54,272 bases of DNA from a virus (IMGVR_UViG_3300037502_000299:1-54272), one strand, 5' to 3'; positions 1-9,122 are shown, counted from the first letter of the stretch. A program made the numbers and translations. The notes: generated by a model not told the origin, from the letters alone.

Positions 1-61
1 AAACACCCCCCCATGCAAAAAATAAAGGCTTTGTAAAAAAATTTCTACAAAAAATGTTGAA

Positions 62-74
62 AATCAAGGACTTA
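62..74 (+). promoter_or_regulatory. IHF-binding consensus site near the packaging genes
   Basis: AATCAAGGACTTA matches WATCAANNNNTTR and is preceded by A-tracts (17-54). Confidence 0.45.
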
Positions 75-108
75 GGGTAAACAGGGTGTAAAGTATGCTT
101 TACAGAAA

Positions 109-453
109 TTAAATTGCTTTTGGATCGAAGTTGTATAACTCGGAGTAGACTGATTTAATACGAAGAAATTTAGGGCCATGTTGATCAAAGTCATCATCGC
201 CTCGAACGTAGAGAGCTAGGTGAACCATTTCATGAAGGAGAGTTTGAAAGATTGTAATGAAGTGACCACAAGAACCAGAACTTATTTCAATTGCCATGTC
301 TACTTCGTCAAAACAACCATATATATTAGGGTTTTTAATGACACGGAACTTAACTTTGTCTGATTTGGGCATAGGAAGGGTATTGAAAGGTGCCATTTGG
401 CAGGCCATGTTGTATAGAATCTCTAAATTCTTTTTAGTTAACGTGGTTTTCAT
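109..453 (-). CDS. SprT-like zinc metalloprotease domain protein
   Basis: TLLHEMVH (HExxH) followed by a downstream HGPKF, the SprT-type pattern. Confidence 0.7.
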   Translation of the reverse strand: MKTTLTKKNLEILYNMACQMAPFNTLPMPKSDKVKFRVIKNPNIYGCFDEVDMAIEISSGSCGHFITIFQTLLHEMVHLALYVRGDDDFDQHGPKFLRIKSVYSELYNFDPKAI

Positions 454-459
454 ACAGTT

Positions 460-465
460 ATTATA
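460..465 (-). promoter_or_regulatory. -10 box for probable leaderless transcription of the SprT-like gene
   Basis: Minus-strand TATAAT 6 nt upstream of the ATG at 453, with no room for a Shine-Dalgarno. Confidence 0.45.
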
Positions 466-475
466 CTAAAAAAGG

Positions 476-505
476 TTGCGACTTAATGACAAAGTAGTAT
501 AAAAT
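476..505 (+). promoter_or_regulatory. Putative sigma70 promoter of the packaging/structural operon
   Basis: TTGCGA (476-481), 18-nt spacer, TAAAAT (500-505) upstream of the first + strand gene. Confidence 0.35.
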
Positions 506-535
506 CATAAAATAGCTGCAAATATAAACTCATAG

Positions 536-1156
536 GTGATACAGCAACCCATGCAAACTGAACAAAATCAAACACTTAACGATAAAGAAGTCGTTATAAT
601 ACCCCATTTAGAGGAAAATATTTCTCTACCTAGAAACGTCCGTGATGCATTACCTGACTTAACTAACGAAGAAGAGTTAGAAATGCTAACTAACACCATG
701 AGACTTCTCTCAGACATAACCGGAGAGCCTATTCAAGCTACGAAAGAAGACATTGCAGAGGCAAAAACAGTAATTACAACTATGACTAAAGAGCCTCAAA
801 CCAAATTACATCTAAAAAAATATAAAAATGGCACATTAGCAAGCTTAGCAGGTATGGTTGCAGAGTTAGATGCACAAGTTGTTGATGAGTTAAAAGATTT
901 AAAGACGTTTGTAGTTAACGGACTCATAAAAGAAGCTGCTACTGCAGAAAAGTCTAAGGAAAGAATCACAGCACTACGTGCAATTGGTGAGGTAGATGGA
1001 GTAGATGCCTTTAAAAAGACTACAGAAGTCATACATAAGAGTATGTCATTAGATGATATTGAAGATAAACTAAGAACCTTAGTAAATAAAATAGAAAAAC
1101 GTATTCAAGATAAAAAATCTGAAGTTATAGATGCAGAAATAGTAAAAGATGAGTGA
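536..1156 (+). CDS. Putative terminase small subunit
   Basis: Directly upstream of and overlapping TerL; helical 206-aa protein; assignment is positional. Confidence 0.5.
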   Translation: MIQQPMQTEQNQTLNDKEVVIIPHLEENISLPRNVRDALPDLTNEEELEMLTNTMRLLSDITGEPIQATKEDIAEAKTVITTMTKEPQTKLHLKKYKNGTLASLAGMVAELDAQVVDELKDLKTFVVNGLIKEAATAEKSKERITALRAIGEVDGVDAFKKTTEVIHKSMSLDDIEDKLRTLVNKIEKRIQDKKSEVIDAEIVKDE

Positions 1157-2699
1157 TGAAAAGAAGGAACAAGAGGCTCGGATAGCGAGTTTACTTATAT
1201 TTTTACAGTCTAATAACAAGTATTTAGAAGATAAAGAAGCTACGCTAGTTGATGGACTAGTAGAGGCTATGGGTGGTAAGATAGTACAAGATGTTGGCAG
1301 TACAAGTTTTCTAGAATTTATACAACATGTTTATCCAGGTTATATGGTAGGAGCGCATCATGCTAGGTTGGCTAAGATATTTGAAGATATTGCTGCGGGA
1401 AAGAAGAAACGAGTTATTGTTAACATTGCACCGAGACATGGTAAGTCAGAGCTTATTTCATATCTTGCGCCAGCATGGTTCCTCGGTAAATTTCCTCACA
1501 AAAAGGTTATTATGGCGTCTCACACAGCTGACTTGGCGGTTAGTTTTGGTCGTCGTGTCCGTAATTTGGTGGGCTCAGATGCGTATAAGGACATATTTCC
1601 GCAAGTAGAACTGCAAGCAGACAGTAAATCTGCATCACGATGGGGAACAAACTCTAATGGAGAGTATTTTGCAATTGGTGTTGGTGGTGCCCTCGCTGGT
1701 CGCGGCGCTGATCTTTTTATCATTGATGATCCACACTCCGAACAAGATGCAAAACTTGGAAGGCCTGATGTGTTTCTCCCTGCTTGGGAGTGGTTTCAGT
1801 CTGGCCCTCTTCAACGTCTTATGCCGAACGGTGCGATTATTGTAGTGATGACACGTTGGTCTAAGCTTGATCTGACTGGACAGATTGTAAACCAGATGAT
1901 TAAGAATGAAGATGTAGATCAGTGGGAAGTTGTAGAGTTTCCTGCAATTATTGAGGATAAAGAAGGTAATGAAGTACCGCTTTGGCCTGAGTTTTGGAGT
2001 TTAGAAGAATTATTAAGTAAGAAAGCAGCACTTGATGTTAGATATTGGAACTCACAGTACTTACAGAACCCAGTATCAGAAGAAGGTGCGTTAATTAAAA
2101 GAGAATGGTGGAAAATATGGGATGGTGAAGATCCTCCCACCTGCGAATTTACAATAATGAGTTTAGATGCAGCCCAAGAGGCTAATAATAGAGCGGACTA
2201 CAACGCGCTCACTACTTGGGGCGTCTTTTTTAACGAAGAAACCAATAACTATAATATAATACTATTAAATTCAATTAAAAAACGATTAGAGTTCCCTGAT
2301 CTTAAAGAATTAGTCTTACAAGAATATAAAGATTGGGAACCTGATGCATTTATGGTTGAAAAAAAGTCTAACGGTGCCGCACTCTACCAAGAAATGCGTA
2401 GAATGGGCTTACCTATTGGCGAATTTACGCCCGGTAAAGGGCAAGATAAGATTAGTAGAGTAAATGCTATTTCCGATTTATTCAGAAGTGGTATAGTATG
2501 GGCGCCTGATAGACGTTGGGCGCATGATGTAATAGAAGAATGTAACGATTTTCCTAGTGGTGCCAATGATGACTTGGTAGATAGCACTACTTTAGCATTA
2601 ATGCGGTTTAGACAAGGTGGATTTATTAGACTACCTAGTGATGAACCTGAAGAAATACCAGGATTTAAAAGCTCACGAAACAGATTGTATTTAGTTTAA
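1149..2699 (+). CDS. terL: Terminase large subunit
   Basis: Walker A IAPRHGKSE, Walker B LFIIDDP, coupling motif VMTRW, RNase H-like nuclease residues SLDAA and NDDLVDS. Confidence 0.95.
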   Translation: MSDEKKEQEARIASLLIFLQSNNKYLEDKEATLVDGLVEAMGGKIVQDVGSTSFLEFIQHVYPGYMVGAHHARLAKIFEDIAAGKKKRVIVNIAPRHGKSELISYLAPAWFLGKFPHKKVIMASHTADLAVSFGRRVRNLVGSDAYKDIFPQVELQADSKSASRWGTNSNGEYFAIGVGGALAGRGADLFIIDDPHSEQDAKLGRPDVFLPAWEWFQSGPLQRLMPNGAIIVVMTRWSKLDLTGQIVNQMIKNEDVDQWEVVEFPAIIEDKEGNEVPLWPEFWSLEELLSKKAALDVRYWNSQYLQNPVSEEGALIKREWWKIWDGEDPPTCEFTIMSLDAAQEANNRADYNALTTWGVFFNEETNNYNIILLNSIKKRLEFPDLKELVLQEYKDWEPDAFMVEKKSNGAALYQEMRRMGLPIGEFTPGKGQDKISRVNAISDLFRSGIVWAPDRRWAHDVIEECNDFPSGANDDLVDSTTLALMRFRQGGFIRLPSDEPEEIPGFKSSRNRLYLV

Positions 2700-2709
2700 G
2701 GATAAATAT

Positions 2710-5178
2710 ATGGCAGATATAGATAAAAGTTTAGCACAAGCACCACAAGGAATAGAAGAGTTAGCTATGAGTCAACCAGACCTTGCTATTGAAATTGAAA
2801 ATCCAGAAAGCGTTACTTTAGATGATGGTAGCATGGAAATTACTATTGTGCCTGGTAAAGAACAAAATGATGAGTTTAATGATAACTTAGCAGAGGATAT
2901 GGACGAAGGTCAGCTCACTGAATTATCAGGAAATTTAATTGGTGAATATGATGCTGATATTAATTCAAGAAAAGATTGGTTAACAACTTATGTGGATGGC
3001 TTAGAGTTACTAGGTCTTAAAGTTGAAGACAGAACAGAACCGTGGCCTGGGGCATGCAATGTGTACCACCCCTTGATGACAGAAGCGCTGGTTAAATTCC
3101 AAGCTGAAACTATGATGGAGACATTTCCAGCGGCAGGCCCAGTTAAAACAGTGATTGTTGGTAAGCAAACAAAAGAAAAAGAAGAAGCTGCCGAACGTGT
3201 AAAAGATGATATGAATTATCAACTCACGGATATGATGCCTGAGTACAGACCTGAGCACGAAAGAATGTTATGGGGTCTAGGGTTATCTGGTAATGCATTT
3301 AAAAAAGTTTATTATGATCCTAACATTGAGCGTCAAGTATCAATGTATGTCCCTGCCGAAGATATTGTAGTTCCATACGGCGCATCTAGTTTAGAAACAG
3401 CAGAACGCGTCACGCATGTGATGAGAAAAACAAAAAATGAATTACATAAATTACAAGTAGCAGGTTTTTATCGTGATGTAGATTTAGGTGAACCATTCTT
3501 AGACATTGATGAAGCTGAAAAGAAAATCGCAGAGAAGTTAGGATTTAATCCTACAGAGGATGACAGATATAAAATTCTTGAGATGCATGTTAATCTTGAT
3601 TTAGAAAACGGTGATAGTGAAGATGGCATTGCATTACCTTATGTTATAACTATTGAAAAGGGTACAGGTACAATCTTAGCAATACGTCGTAATTGGAATC
3701 CAGATGACAAATTAAAAGCTAAGCGTCAACACTTTGTACACTACGGATATATTCCTGGATTTGGTTTCTATTGTTTTGGTTTAATTCATTTAATCGGAGC
3801 ATTTGCTAAATCAGGTACGATGATTCTTCGTCAATTAGTTGATGCAGGTACATTATCAAATCTTCCTGGTGGTCTTAAGTCTCGTGGGTTACGTATTAAA
3901 GGTGACGATACACCGATTGCTCCAGGTGAATGGCGTGACGTAGATGTACCTAGTGGTGCAGTAAGAGATAATATCTTACCATTACCATATAAAGAGCCAT
4001 CACAAGTTCTTAATCAGTTAATGAATCAAATCATTGAAGAAGGTAGACGTTTTGCATCAGCTGCTGATATGAAAGTCTCTGATATGTCTGCTAATTCTCC
4101 AGTGGGTACTACACTAGCAATTCTTGAACGTACATTAAAAGTAATGAGTGCTGTACAAGCTCGTATTTACTATGCAATGAAACAAGAGTTTAAATTACTT
4201 AAAGGTATTATTCGTGATTACACACCAACAGAGTATTCATACGAACCTGAAGTAGGCAATAGACGCGCTAAACAATCTGATTATGATAATGTAGATGTTA
4301 TTCCTGTATCAGATCCTAATGCTGCAACCATGTCACAAAAAGTGGTTCAGTACCAAGCAGTCATGCAAATGGCAGCTCAAAGCCCACAAATCTACGATCA
4401 AGTAGAACTTAATAAACAGATGTTAGAAGTACTTGGTATTAAAAATATTGGAAAACTTATTCCGTCAGCTGATGACCAAAAACCAAAAGACCCTGTTTCA
4501 GAGAATATGAATATTATTAACGGTAAACCTGTTAAAGCATTTATTTATCAAGACCATCAAGCACATATTCAAGTACATATGATGGCTATGCAAGATCCTA
4601 AGATTCAAGAAATGGTAGGACAGAACCCACAAGCAGGTGCAATTCAAGCTGCAGCTATGGCACATATTAATGAGCACGTTGCGTTTGAATATAGAAAACA
4701 ACTTGAAGAACAATTAGGAGTTCCATTACCAGCCCCTGATGAAACATTACCAGAAGATGTTGAATATGAATTATCTAAAGTAATGGCTGAAGCTGCTAAA
4801 AAACTTGCTGCTAAATCTGCTTCAGAAGCACAACAAGAACAAGCTCAACAGCAGGCTCAAGATCCAATTATTCAAATGCAACAACAAGAATTAGCGTTGA
4901 AAGCACAAGACTTACAGATTAAAGCACAAAAAACTCAAGCAGATATTCAAGCTGAACAAACTAGATTAGCACTTGATAAAATGCGTATTGAATCACAAGA
5001 ACGTATTGCTGGCGCTCAACTAGGTGCTGATACTGTAATGGCTAATAAAGAGTTACAAGCTAAAGAATTAATTGAAGGTGCTAAGTTGGGTATTAATGCA
5101 GTAAGTCAAAAAGAAGAACGCTCAATTAGAGAAAAACAAATGGAATTACAAAGGAATCAACAACCAACAGAGGAGTAG
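2710..5178 (+). CDS. Portal protein (large, podovirus-type, with Gln-rich C-terminal coiled coil)
   Basis: Follows TerL; 822 aa; GNAFKKVYYD motif; long Q-rich helical tail as in P22-like portals. Confidence 0.88.
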   Translation: MADIDKSLAQAPQGIEELAMSQPDLAIEIENPESVTLDDGSMEITIVPGKEQNDEFNDNLAEDMDEGQLTELSGNLIGEYDADINSRKDWLTTYVDGLELLGLKVEDRTEPWPGACNVYHPLMTEALVKFQAETMMETFPAAGPVKTVIVGKQTKEKEEAAERVKDDMNYQLTDMMPEYRPEHERMLWGLGLSGNAFKKVYYDPNIERQVSMYVPAEDIVVPYGASSLETAERVTHVMRKTKNELHKLQVAGFYRDVDLGEPFLDIDEAEKKIAEKLGFNPTEDDRYKILEMHVNLDLENGDSEDGIALPYVITIEKGTGTILAIRRNWNPDDKLKAKRQHFVHYGYIPGFGFYCFGLIHLIGAFAKSGTMILRQLVDAGTLSNLPGGLKSRGLRIKGDDTPIAPGEWRDVDVPSGAVRDNILPLPYKEPSQVLNQLMNQIIEEGRRFASAADMKVSDMSANSPVGTTLAILERTLKVMSAVQARIYYAMKQEFKLLKGIIRDYTPTEYSYEPEVGNRRAKQSDYDNVDVIPVSDPNAATMSQKVVQYQAVMQMAAQSPQIYDQVELNKQMLEVLGIKNIGKLIPSADDQKPKDPVSENMNIINGKPVKAFIYQDHQAHIQVHMMAMQDPKIQEMVGQNPQAGAIQAAAMAHINEHVAFEYRKQLEEQLGVPLPAPDETLPEDVEYELSKVMAEAAKKLAAKSASEAQQEQAQQQAQDPIIQMQQQELALKAQDLQIKAQKTQADIQAEQTRLALDKMRIESQERIAGAQLGADTVMANKELQAKELIEGAKLGINAVSQKEERSIREKQMELQRNQQPTEE

Positions 5179-5181
5179 TAC

Positions 5182-5376
5182 ATGGACCAAACGCTAGAGC
5201 TATTATTGTCTCGAATAGATGATCAGCGCAAAACAGTATTAATAAATTTAGGAGACGGAGCAGCAAAAGATTTTGCTTCGTACCAAAATATGACAGGATA
5301 TATACGAGGTCTATCCGTCGCAGAAAGTATCATTAAAGACCTTGCACAAAGAATGGAGACATTTGAAGATGAGTGA
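5182..5376 (+). CDS. Small hypothetical head-module protein
   Basis: RBS GAGGAG; tightly packed between portal and GroES-like gene. Confidence 0.7.
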   Translation: MDQTLELLLSRIDDQRKTVLINLGDGAAKDFASYQNMTGYIRGLSVAESIIKDLAQRMETFEDE

Positions 5377-5812
5377 CATACTCACAATGAATAAGAGCAT
5401 AGTTGATGCAAGCGGTCGACCAGTTTATATTCCAAGCGTAGATGAAGTAAAAGTAGAAGATATACCGATTGAAGAACGTGGTTTACAGTTACCTGAGCCT
5501 AAAGGATACAAGATACTTTGTGCAATTCCTGATGCTTCAGAAACATATAAAGGTGGTATTGTAAAAGCGGATTCAACTAGAACTATAGAAGAGCATTCAA
5601 CTGTAGTTTTATTTGTAGTAAAAGTAGGTGATTTAGCTTATAAAGATGAGACTAGATTTCCTACAGGTCCATGGTGTAAAGAGGGTGATTTTGTTTTGAC
5701 ACGTGCATACGCAGGTACAAGATTTAAAATCCACGGAAGAGAATTCCGCATTATTAACGACGATACAGTCGAGGGGGTTGTTGAAGATCCTCGTGGCTAT
5801 ACTCGCGCATAA
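5369..5812 (+). CDS. GroES/Cpn10-like co-chaperonin (start moved to ATG 5369)
   Basis: PKGYKIL..KGGIV..VVKVGD..KEGDFV..YAGTRFKIHGREFRIINDDTVEGVV follows the Cpn10 pattern; GGAG precedes ATG 5369. Confidence 0.8.
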   Translation: MSDILTMNKSIVDASGRPVYIPSVDEVKVEDIPIEERGLQLPEPKGYKILCAIPDASETYKGGIVKADSTRTIEEHSTVVLFVVKVGDLAYKDETRFPTGPWCKEGDFVLTRAYAGTRFKIHGREFRIINDDTVEGVVEDPRGYTRA

Positions 5813-5822
5813 GGAGAACTAA

Positions 5823-6845
5823 ATGGCTGACGTAAAAGATGGCGATATTGTATTTGAATATCCAGAGGATGACGAAATACCAGCAGCTAAACCTGCTGAA
5901 GAAAAAGAAGTAAAAGTTTCTGCTGAAAAAAATGAAGTTAAGGTAGAAACAAAGGCAGATGATATTGATCTTGAAATTGAAGACGATACTCCTGTTGAAG
6001 ATAAAGGCAAAGAACCTTTACCTAAAGAAAAAGTTGAAGAGCTAGAAAATGACACTTTAGAAGATTATTCTGAACGTGTTAAACAACGTATGGCTCAGCT
6101 TAAAAAAGTTTGGCATGACGAAAGACGTGCTAAAGAATCTGCTGATCGTGAAAGACAGGAAGCAATTAGGTTTGCACAACAAATTGCAGAGGAAAATAAA
6201 AAGCTTAAAACTACTTTAGAGTCAGGTGAATCAACTTATATTGAAACACTTAAAAATGCTCTTGAGAGTGAACTTGCTTTAGCTAAAGAATCTTACCGTA
6301 AAGCTTATGATACAGGCGAAACAGATAGTATAATTGAAGCACAACAGAAAATGAATGATGCTCAGTTTAGACTGTCACAAGCTAAACAATATGAGCCTAG
6401 ATTTAAAAATGCTTTACAAGAGGATAAAAATCCTGTATATATACAACAAAATGAACAACCTTCATTTAAACCAGACGATAAAGCTTTAAAATGGCAAGAA
6501 AAAAACGAATGGTTTGGTAAAGATGAAGAAATGACAAGCCTTGCATTAGGCTTACATGAGAAATTAGTTAGAAGTGGGATTAGTCCTACATCTGATGAAT
6601 ATTACCGTCGTATTGATAGTACGATGCAGAAACGATTCCCAGAACACTTTGGGGATGCAACGCTAGACGAGGAAACACCCGCCCAGCGCACAAAACCTTC
6701 GACTGTAGTTGCTCCGGCAACGCGTAGTACCGCGCCTAAAAAAGTACGATTGACGAAGACACAAGTAGCGTTAGCCAAGAAATTTGGTCTAACACCGGAA
6801 CAATATGCAAGAGAAACTTTAAAATTGGAGAACGCAAATGGATAA
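5823..6845 (+). CDS. Capsid scaffolding protein
   Basis: Acidic N-terminus, coiled coil, C-terminal helix-turn-helix LTKTQVALAKKFGLTPEQYA; upstream of the capsid genes. Confidence 0.7.
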   Translation: MADVKDGDIVFEYPEDDEIPAAKPAEEKEVKVSAEKNEVKVETKADDIDLEIEDDTPVEDKGKEPLPKEKVEELENDTLEDYSERVKQRMAQLKKVWHDERRAKESADRERQEAIRFAQQIAEENKKLKTTLESGESTYIETLKNALESELALAKESYRKAYDTGETDSIIEAQQKMNDAQFRLSQAKQYEPRFKNALQEDKNPVYIQQNEQPSFKPDDKALKWQEKNEWFGKDEEMTSLALGLHEKLVRSGISPTSDEYYRRIDSTMQKRFPEHFGDATLDEETPAQRTKPSTVVAPATRSTAPKKVRLTKTQVALAKKFGLTPEQYARETLKLENANG

Positions 6846-7287
6846 TAAAAGATTAGATCGTGAACAAGATACAAGGGATGATTTTCAAAGACCTGATAGC
6901 TGGAAACCTGCATCATTACTACCTGAGTTTAAAAAGGTACCTGGTTGGGCTTATCGTTGGATTCGTACTAGTGTTATGAACGAGGCTGATAATCTAAATG
7001 TATCCTCCAAAATGCGTGAAGGATGGGAACCCGTTAAATTAGCGGACCACCCTGAAATGAAGTTAATGGTCGACCAAAATTCCCGTTTCAAAGACGGTGT
7101 TGAAATTGGTGGATTATTACTTTGCAAGATCCCAGAAGAGTTCGTTGCACAACGTAAGGCTCACTATGCTAAACAATCACAGCAACAAGCCGATGCAGTT
7201 GACAACAGCTTTATGAAACAAAACGATCCACGTATGCCTCTTTTCTCAGAGAAGAAGTCTACAACATCGTTTGGTAAAGGTAATTAA
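6838..7287 (+). CDS. Conserved-looking phage head-module protein
   Basis: PGWAYRWIR..EGWEPV..GGLLLCKIP pattern; lies between scaffold and capsid. Confidence 0.65.
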   Translation: MDNKRLDREQDTRDDFQRPDSWKPASLLPEFKKVPGWAYRWIRTSVMNEADNLNVSSKMREGWEPVKLADHPEMKLMVDQNSRFKDGVEIGGLLLCKIPEEFVAQRKAHYAKQSQQQADAVDNSFMKQNDPRMPLFSEKKSTTSFGKGN

Positions 7288-7310
7288 TATAAACTTATAA
7301 GGAGAATAAA

Positions 7311-7934
7311 ATGGCATATCCAACCATTAACAGTCCTTACGGTTTTCAACCAGTTAATCGTTATGATGGTATTCCGTACGCCGGGGCAACTTTACAGATC
7401 CCAATTGGCGCTTCGTACAATACCCCAATCTATAACGGTTCTTCAGTTAAAATCGTACAGAACGGCACGCTTGAATTATCAGCAGCTACAACTACCGGTA
7501 CTATTATCGGCGTTGCAACTGGCTTTCAATACACTAATTCATCAGGCCAAACAGTTCAAGCTCAATACTACCCAGGTACTAGCGTTACTAACGCTATCGC
7601 TTACGTAGTTGTTGATGCATCAGCTGAATTTAAAGTATCATTAACAGTTTCAGGCGCTCCTACAGTAGTAGTTGGTGCTAATGCAACTATTGTTGGTACA
7701 AACTTAGCTGAAATTCAAAACAGTAACGGTTCAACATCAACAGGTAATTCACAAGCTTCATGTGTGATCCCTGCTAACGGTGCTGGTGCTGCTACAACAT
7801 TACCATGGAGAGTAGTTGCAGTAGTTCCAGACACAGCTTACTTGTCAGGTTCTACAGTGCTTTACCCAGAAGTACTTGTAAAAATTAACAACCCACAGTT
7901 AACTGCCCTTACTGGCGTTAATTACGTAGCTTAA
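7311..7934 (+). CDS. Putative capsid decoration/cement protein
   Basis: Beta-rich 207-aa protein, strong RBS AAGGAG, immediately before the major capsid gene. Confidence 0.6.
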   Translation: MAYPTINSPYGFQPVNRYDGIPYAGATLQIPIGASYNTPIYNGSSVKIVQNGTLELSAATTTGTIIGVATGFQYTNSSGQTVQAQYYPGTSVTNAIAYVVVDASAEFKVSLTVSGAPTVVVGANATIVGTNLAEIQNSNGSTSTGNSQASCVIPANGAGAATTLPWRVVAVVPDTAYLSGSTVLYPEVLVKINNPQLTALTGVNYVA

Positions 7935-7950
7935 CTAAGGAGAATAAAAC

Positions 7951-8868
7951 ATGGCTATTTCACGTGCACAGCTCCTAAAAGAGCTATTACCAGGACTTAA
8001 CGCGCTATTCGGTTTAGAGTACAAGCGTTATGGCGAAGAACATAAAGAAGTTTATGAAACAGAGACTTCAGAGCGTTCATTCGAAGAAGAAACAAAACTT
8101 TCAGGTTTCTCAGCAGCACCAGTCAAAAACGAAGGCACAGCAATCGCTTATGACAATGCTCAAGAAGCTTGGACTGCTCGATACAATCATCAAACTATTG
8201 CTCTTGGTTTCTCTCTAACAGAAGAAGCTGTAGAAGATAACTTGTATGATACATTATCAGCTCGTTACACAAAGGCTTTAGCTCGCGCTATGGCATACAC
8301 AAAACAAGTTAAAGCAGCTGCAGTATTAAACAATGGCTTCAACACTTCTGGTTCTTACAACGGCGGTGATGGTGTTTCATTATTTAACACAGCTCACCCA
8401 CTTGTTTCAGGCGGTACAAACAGCAACACTCAATCAACTCCAACAGACTTGAACGAAACAGCACTAGAAAACGCTGTTATTCAAATTGCTGCATGGACAG
8501 ATGAGCGTGGCCTATTGATCGCTGCTCAACCACGTAAGTTAGTAGTTCCACCAGGTAATCAATTCGTTGCAACTCGTTTGCTCGAAACTGAACTTCGTGT
8601 TTCTACAGCTGACAACGACATCAACGCTATTAAGAATAATGGTTCAATCCCAGAAGGTTACACAATTAACCACTTCTTAACAGATCCAGATGCGTACTTC
8701 TTAACAACTGATGTACCTAACGGCATGAAACACTTTGTGCGTACTCCGTTATCAACATCTATGGATGGCGACTTCGATACAGGTAACGTTCGTTACAAGG
8801 CTCGTGAGCGTTATTCATTCGGTTGGTCTGATCCTCTCGGTATGTGGGGTTCACCAGGCGCTGCTTAA
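7951..8868 (+). CDS. Major capsid protein (HK97 fold)
   Basis: MAISRAQLLKELLPGLNALFG..PRKLVVPP..RYKARERYSFGWSD; strong RBS; followed by a terminator. Confidence 0.9.
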   Translation: MAISRAQLLKELLPGLNALFGLEYKRYGEEHKEVYETETSERSFEEETKLSGFSAAPVKNEGTAIAYDNAQEAWTARYNHQTIALGFSLTEEAVEDNLYDTLSARYTKALARAMAYTKQVKAAAVLNNGFNTSGSYNGGDGVSLFNTAHPLVSGGTNSNTQSTPTDLNETALENAVIQIAAWTDERGLLIAAQPRKLVVPPGNQFVATRLLETELRVSTADNDINAIKNNGSIPEGYTINHFLTDPDAYFLTTDVPNGMKHFVRTPLSTSMDGDFDTGNVRYKARERYSFGWSDPLGMWGSPGAA

Positions 8869-8898
8869 TTGCACACTTGGTTTTAATGTACTAGGATT

Positions 8899-8925
8899 AA
8901 CCCTGCTTCGGCGGGGTTTTTCTTT
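8899..8925 (+). terminator. Rho-independent terminator after the capsid gene
   Basis: AACCCTGC-TTCG-GCGGGGTT stem with UUCG loop followed by a T-rich tract. Confidence 0.85.
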
Positions 8926-8949
8926 GCCTGCTATTCATGATTTTCTCTA

Positions 8950-9001
8950 TTTCACAGGCAAAATAAAAGCGTAATATGTGAAGCATACACACGGTGTGTA
9001 T
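8950..9001 (+). promoter_or_regulatory. Putative pqqA promoter and 5' palindrome
   Basis: TTTCAC/TTCACA (8950-8956), TAATAT (8972-8977), then perfect inverted repeat ATACACAC-G-GTGTGTAT (8985-9001). Confidence 0.4.
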
Positions 9002-9021
9002 AAAATTTTAGGAGAACTACT

Positions 9022-9093
9022 ATGTGGACAAAACCAGCTGCAACAGAAATGAGATTTGGCTTTGAAGTAACTATGTACGTAATGAACAAGTAA
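9022..9093 (+). CDS. pqqA: Pyrroloquinoline quinone precursor peptide PqqA (not in ORF track)
   Basis: Translates to MWTKPAATEMRFGFEVTMYVMNK*, with the PqqA W-x-K-P and R-x-G-F-E-V-T-x-Y (ExxxY) signature; RBS AGGAGA at 9010-9015. Confidence 0.95.
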   Translation: MWTKPAATEMRFGFEVTMYVMNK

Positions 9094-9122
9094 TGATTAT
9101 CGTAACAGATTGTTATTAAATT

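Noticed and set aside
8735-8974. 79-aa ORF spanning the capsid gene end and terminator
   Set aside because: Out-of-frame overlap with the capsid gene and crosses a clear terminator
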